A stretch of DNA of 64,000 bases from NCBI GenBank assembly GCA_030704615.1, contig CM060733.1, positions 51,274,001-51,338,000 of the forward strand, given 5' to 3'. The translations under genes and the position numbers were made by a program. Source of the stretch: Takakia lepidozioides. Its lineage: Eukaryota > Plantae > Bryophyta. Below the pieces are notes generated by a model. That model did not search any database. It was not told where the DNA came from and saw only the letters and a program-made list of their open reading frames with translations. Shown here piece after piece: positions 63,001-64,000 of this stretch. Positions within the stretch are counted from its first letter, which is position 1. Every line of letters begins with the position of its first letter.

Positions 63001-64000
63001 GTAGATTTCCTTTTTCTCACCAAGGTGAACTTCCTGTACAGAAGTGGGTAGCCTACTATAAGTTTGGTGCCAACGTTGGGAGTGATGCGAGATGAGTGAG
63101 ACCTGGTCAGCACGAATCTTGTCAAGCTTTGAGAATGCAGAATCTTCTTGTGCTTTGCGTTGTTGCTCAGCTCGCTGCCCTTCAATCTTGCTAAAAAACT
63201 CATCCATTGCAGCGTCAAAGGTGTCTATCTTCATAGCATCCCGTTCATCAAATTGTCTCAATGGTAGGGGTGCAAACTCATCATATATCTGCCAGCAGTT
63301 ACCATGCATCCTCATCAGCAACCCTCCACATTCACAGTCCCTGCAGCGTGACCTTGCTTGCCACTTGCAAGATTTGAGAGGTGCTACATTGGCTTCCCAG
63401 TGTCCCTAATAATTTGACACAATCTGGTTTCCATTCAAAACTAAATATCACGTAGGTGCCTACCTTCTCCACAGGCTCTTGCTGCTCACAAGATGAGATC
63501 TGCATCCTCCCTTTAGTCTTCTTTTGCATATAAATGTACCCATGGGGGATTTGTTCTCCTTTGACAACACTTTCCAGCCAATCCTCAAACCTCACCACAG
63601 CTGCCATCAAGGACTGCAGCAGATCTTTGTTCTGTATTAACATCCCATTGGGGTCTTTGTTCAGTTTAAGAGTGGGTGGTAATCCAGCATCCAGTATTAT
63701 GTGCTCACATAGCGCAGGTCCGTATCCCAAACTCTCCCCAAGCACAGTCTTCAAGGTTGGTCCAATATCCCCCTTCTTGCCACCAGCAGTCTTCTCTTGA
63801 GTTTCCTTCGCCCCCTTTTCTGGCTTCACCTTCCCTTTCTTTGATTCCTGAGACCCTGTTTCAGATTCGGCCTCGGTATTGGCTACATGCTGTCTAACAT
63901 CCCCTACTGTCTGAGCCTTCAAGGCCATTTCAACCCTCTCTGCACATGTTCTCTGGAACAGGCGGCAAGAGTCAACTGGATAGTGGTGCCGTGCCATCAT
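57071..64000 (-). CDS. NEMF: NEMF/RQC2 (NFACT family) ribosome quality-control factor; 5' part beyond window
   Basis: [160 protein letters not shown] (DUF3441); stop 57071. Confidence 0.95.

Overview
Gene-dense nuclear DNA of a land plant, probably a bryophyte-grade compact genome. That assignment is inferred from short GT-AG introns, plant-specific gene families and gene density; the species cannot be determined. Twelve host genes are supported: an eIF4B-repeat/zinc-knuckle protein, a plastid SAM methyltransferase, ECHIDNA/TVP23, CRUMPLED LEAF, CDC25-like/ACR2 rhodanese, a PSI-family DUF3475/DUF668 protein, SEX4, NOP16, a BTB protein, SmD2, a CBS-domain protein and NEMF/RQC2 (cut by the right edge). 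An approximately 10 kb repeat island (about 16.9-27.3 kb) holds an interrupted tandem repeat with a captured HSP70 fragment and a decayed, intron-containing Mutator-like transposase with an N-terminal GCM-like Zn domain and a C-terminal SWIM finger. The most distinctive signals are: (1) a LINE family with a (CATTT)n tail and 3' stem-loop, present as six copies or fragments within 7.5 kb, mostly at GA/TC-rich sites, two with matching TSDs, suggesting microsatellite targeting; (2) the GCM-DDE-SWIM transposase; (3) a probable U12-type intron in SEX4; (4) repeated short tandem duplications of exon/donor junctions in three genes. No prokaryotic-type systems such as CRISPR were found. Exon coordinates were read by eye and may be off by a few bases.
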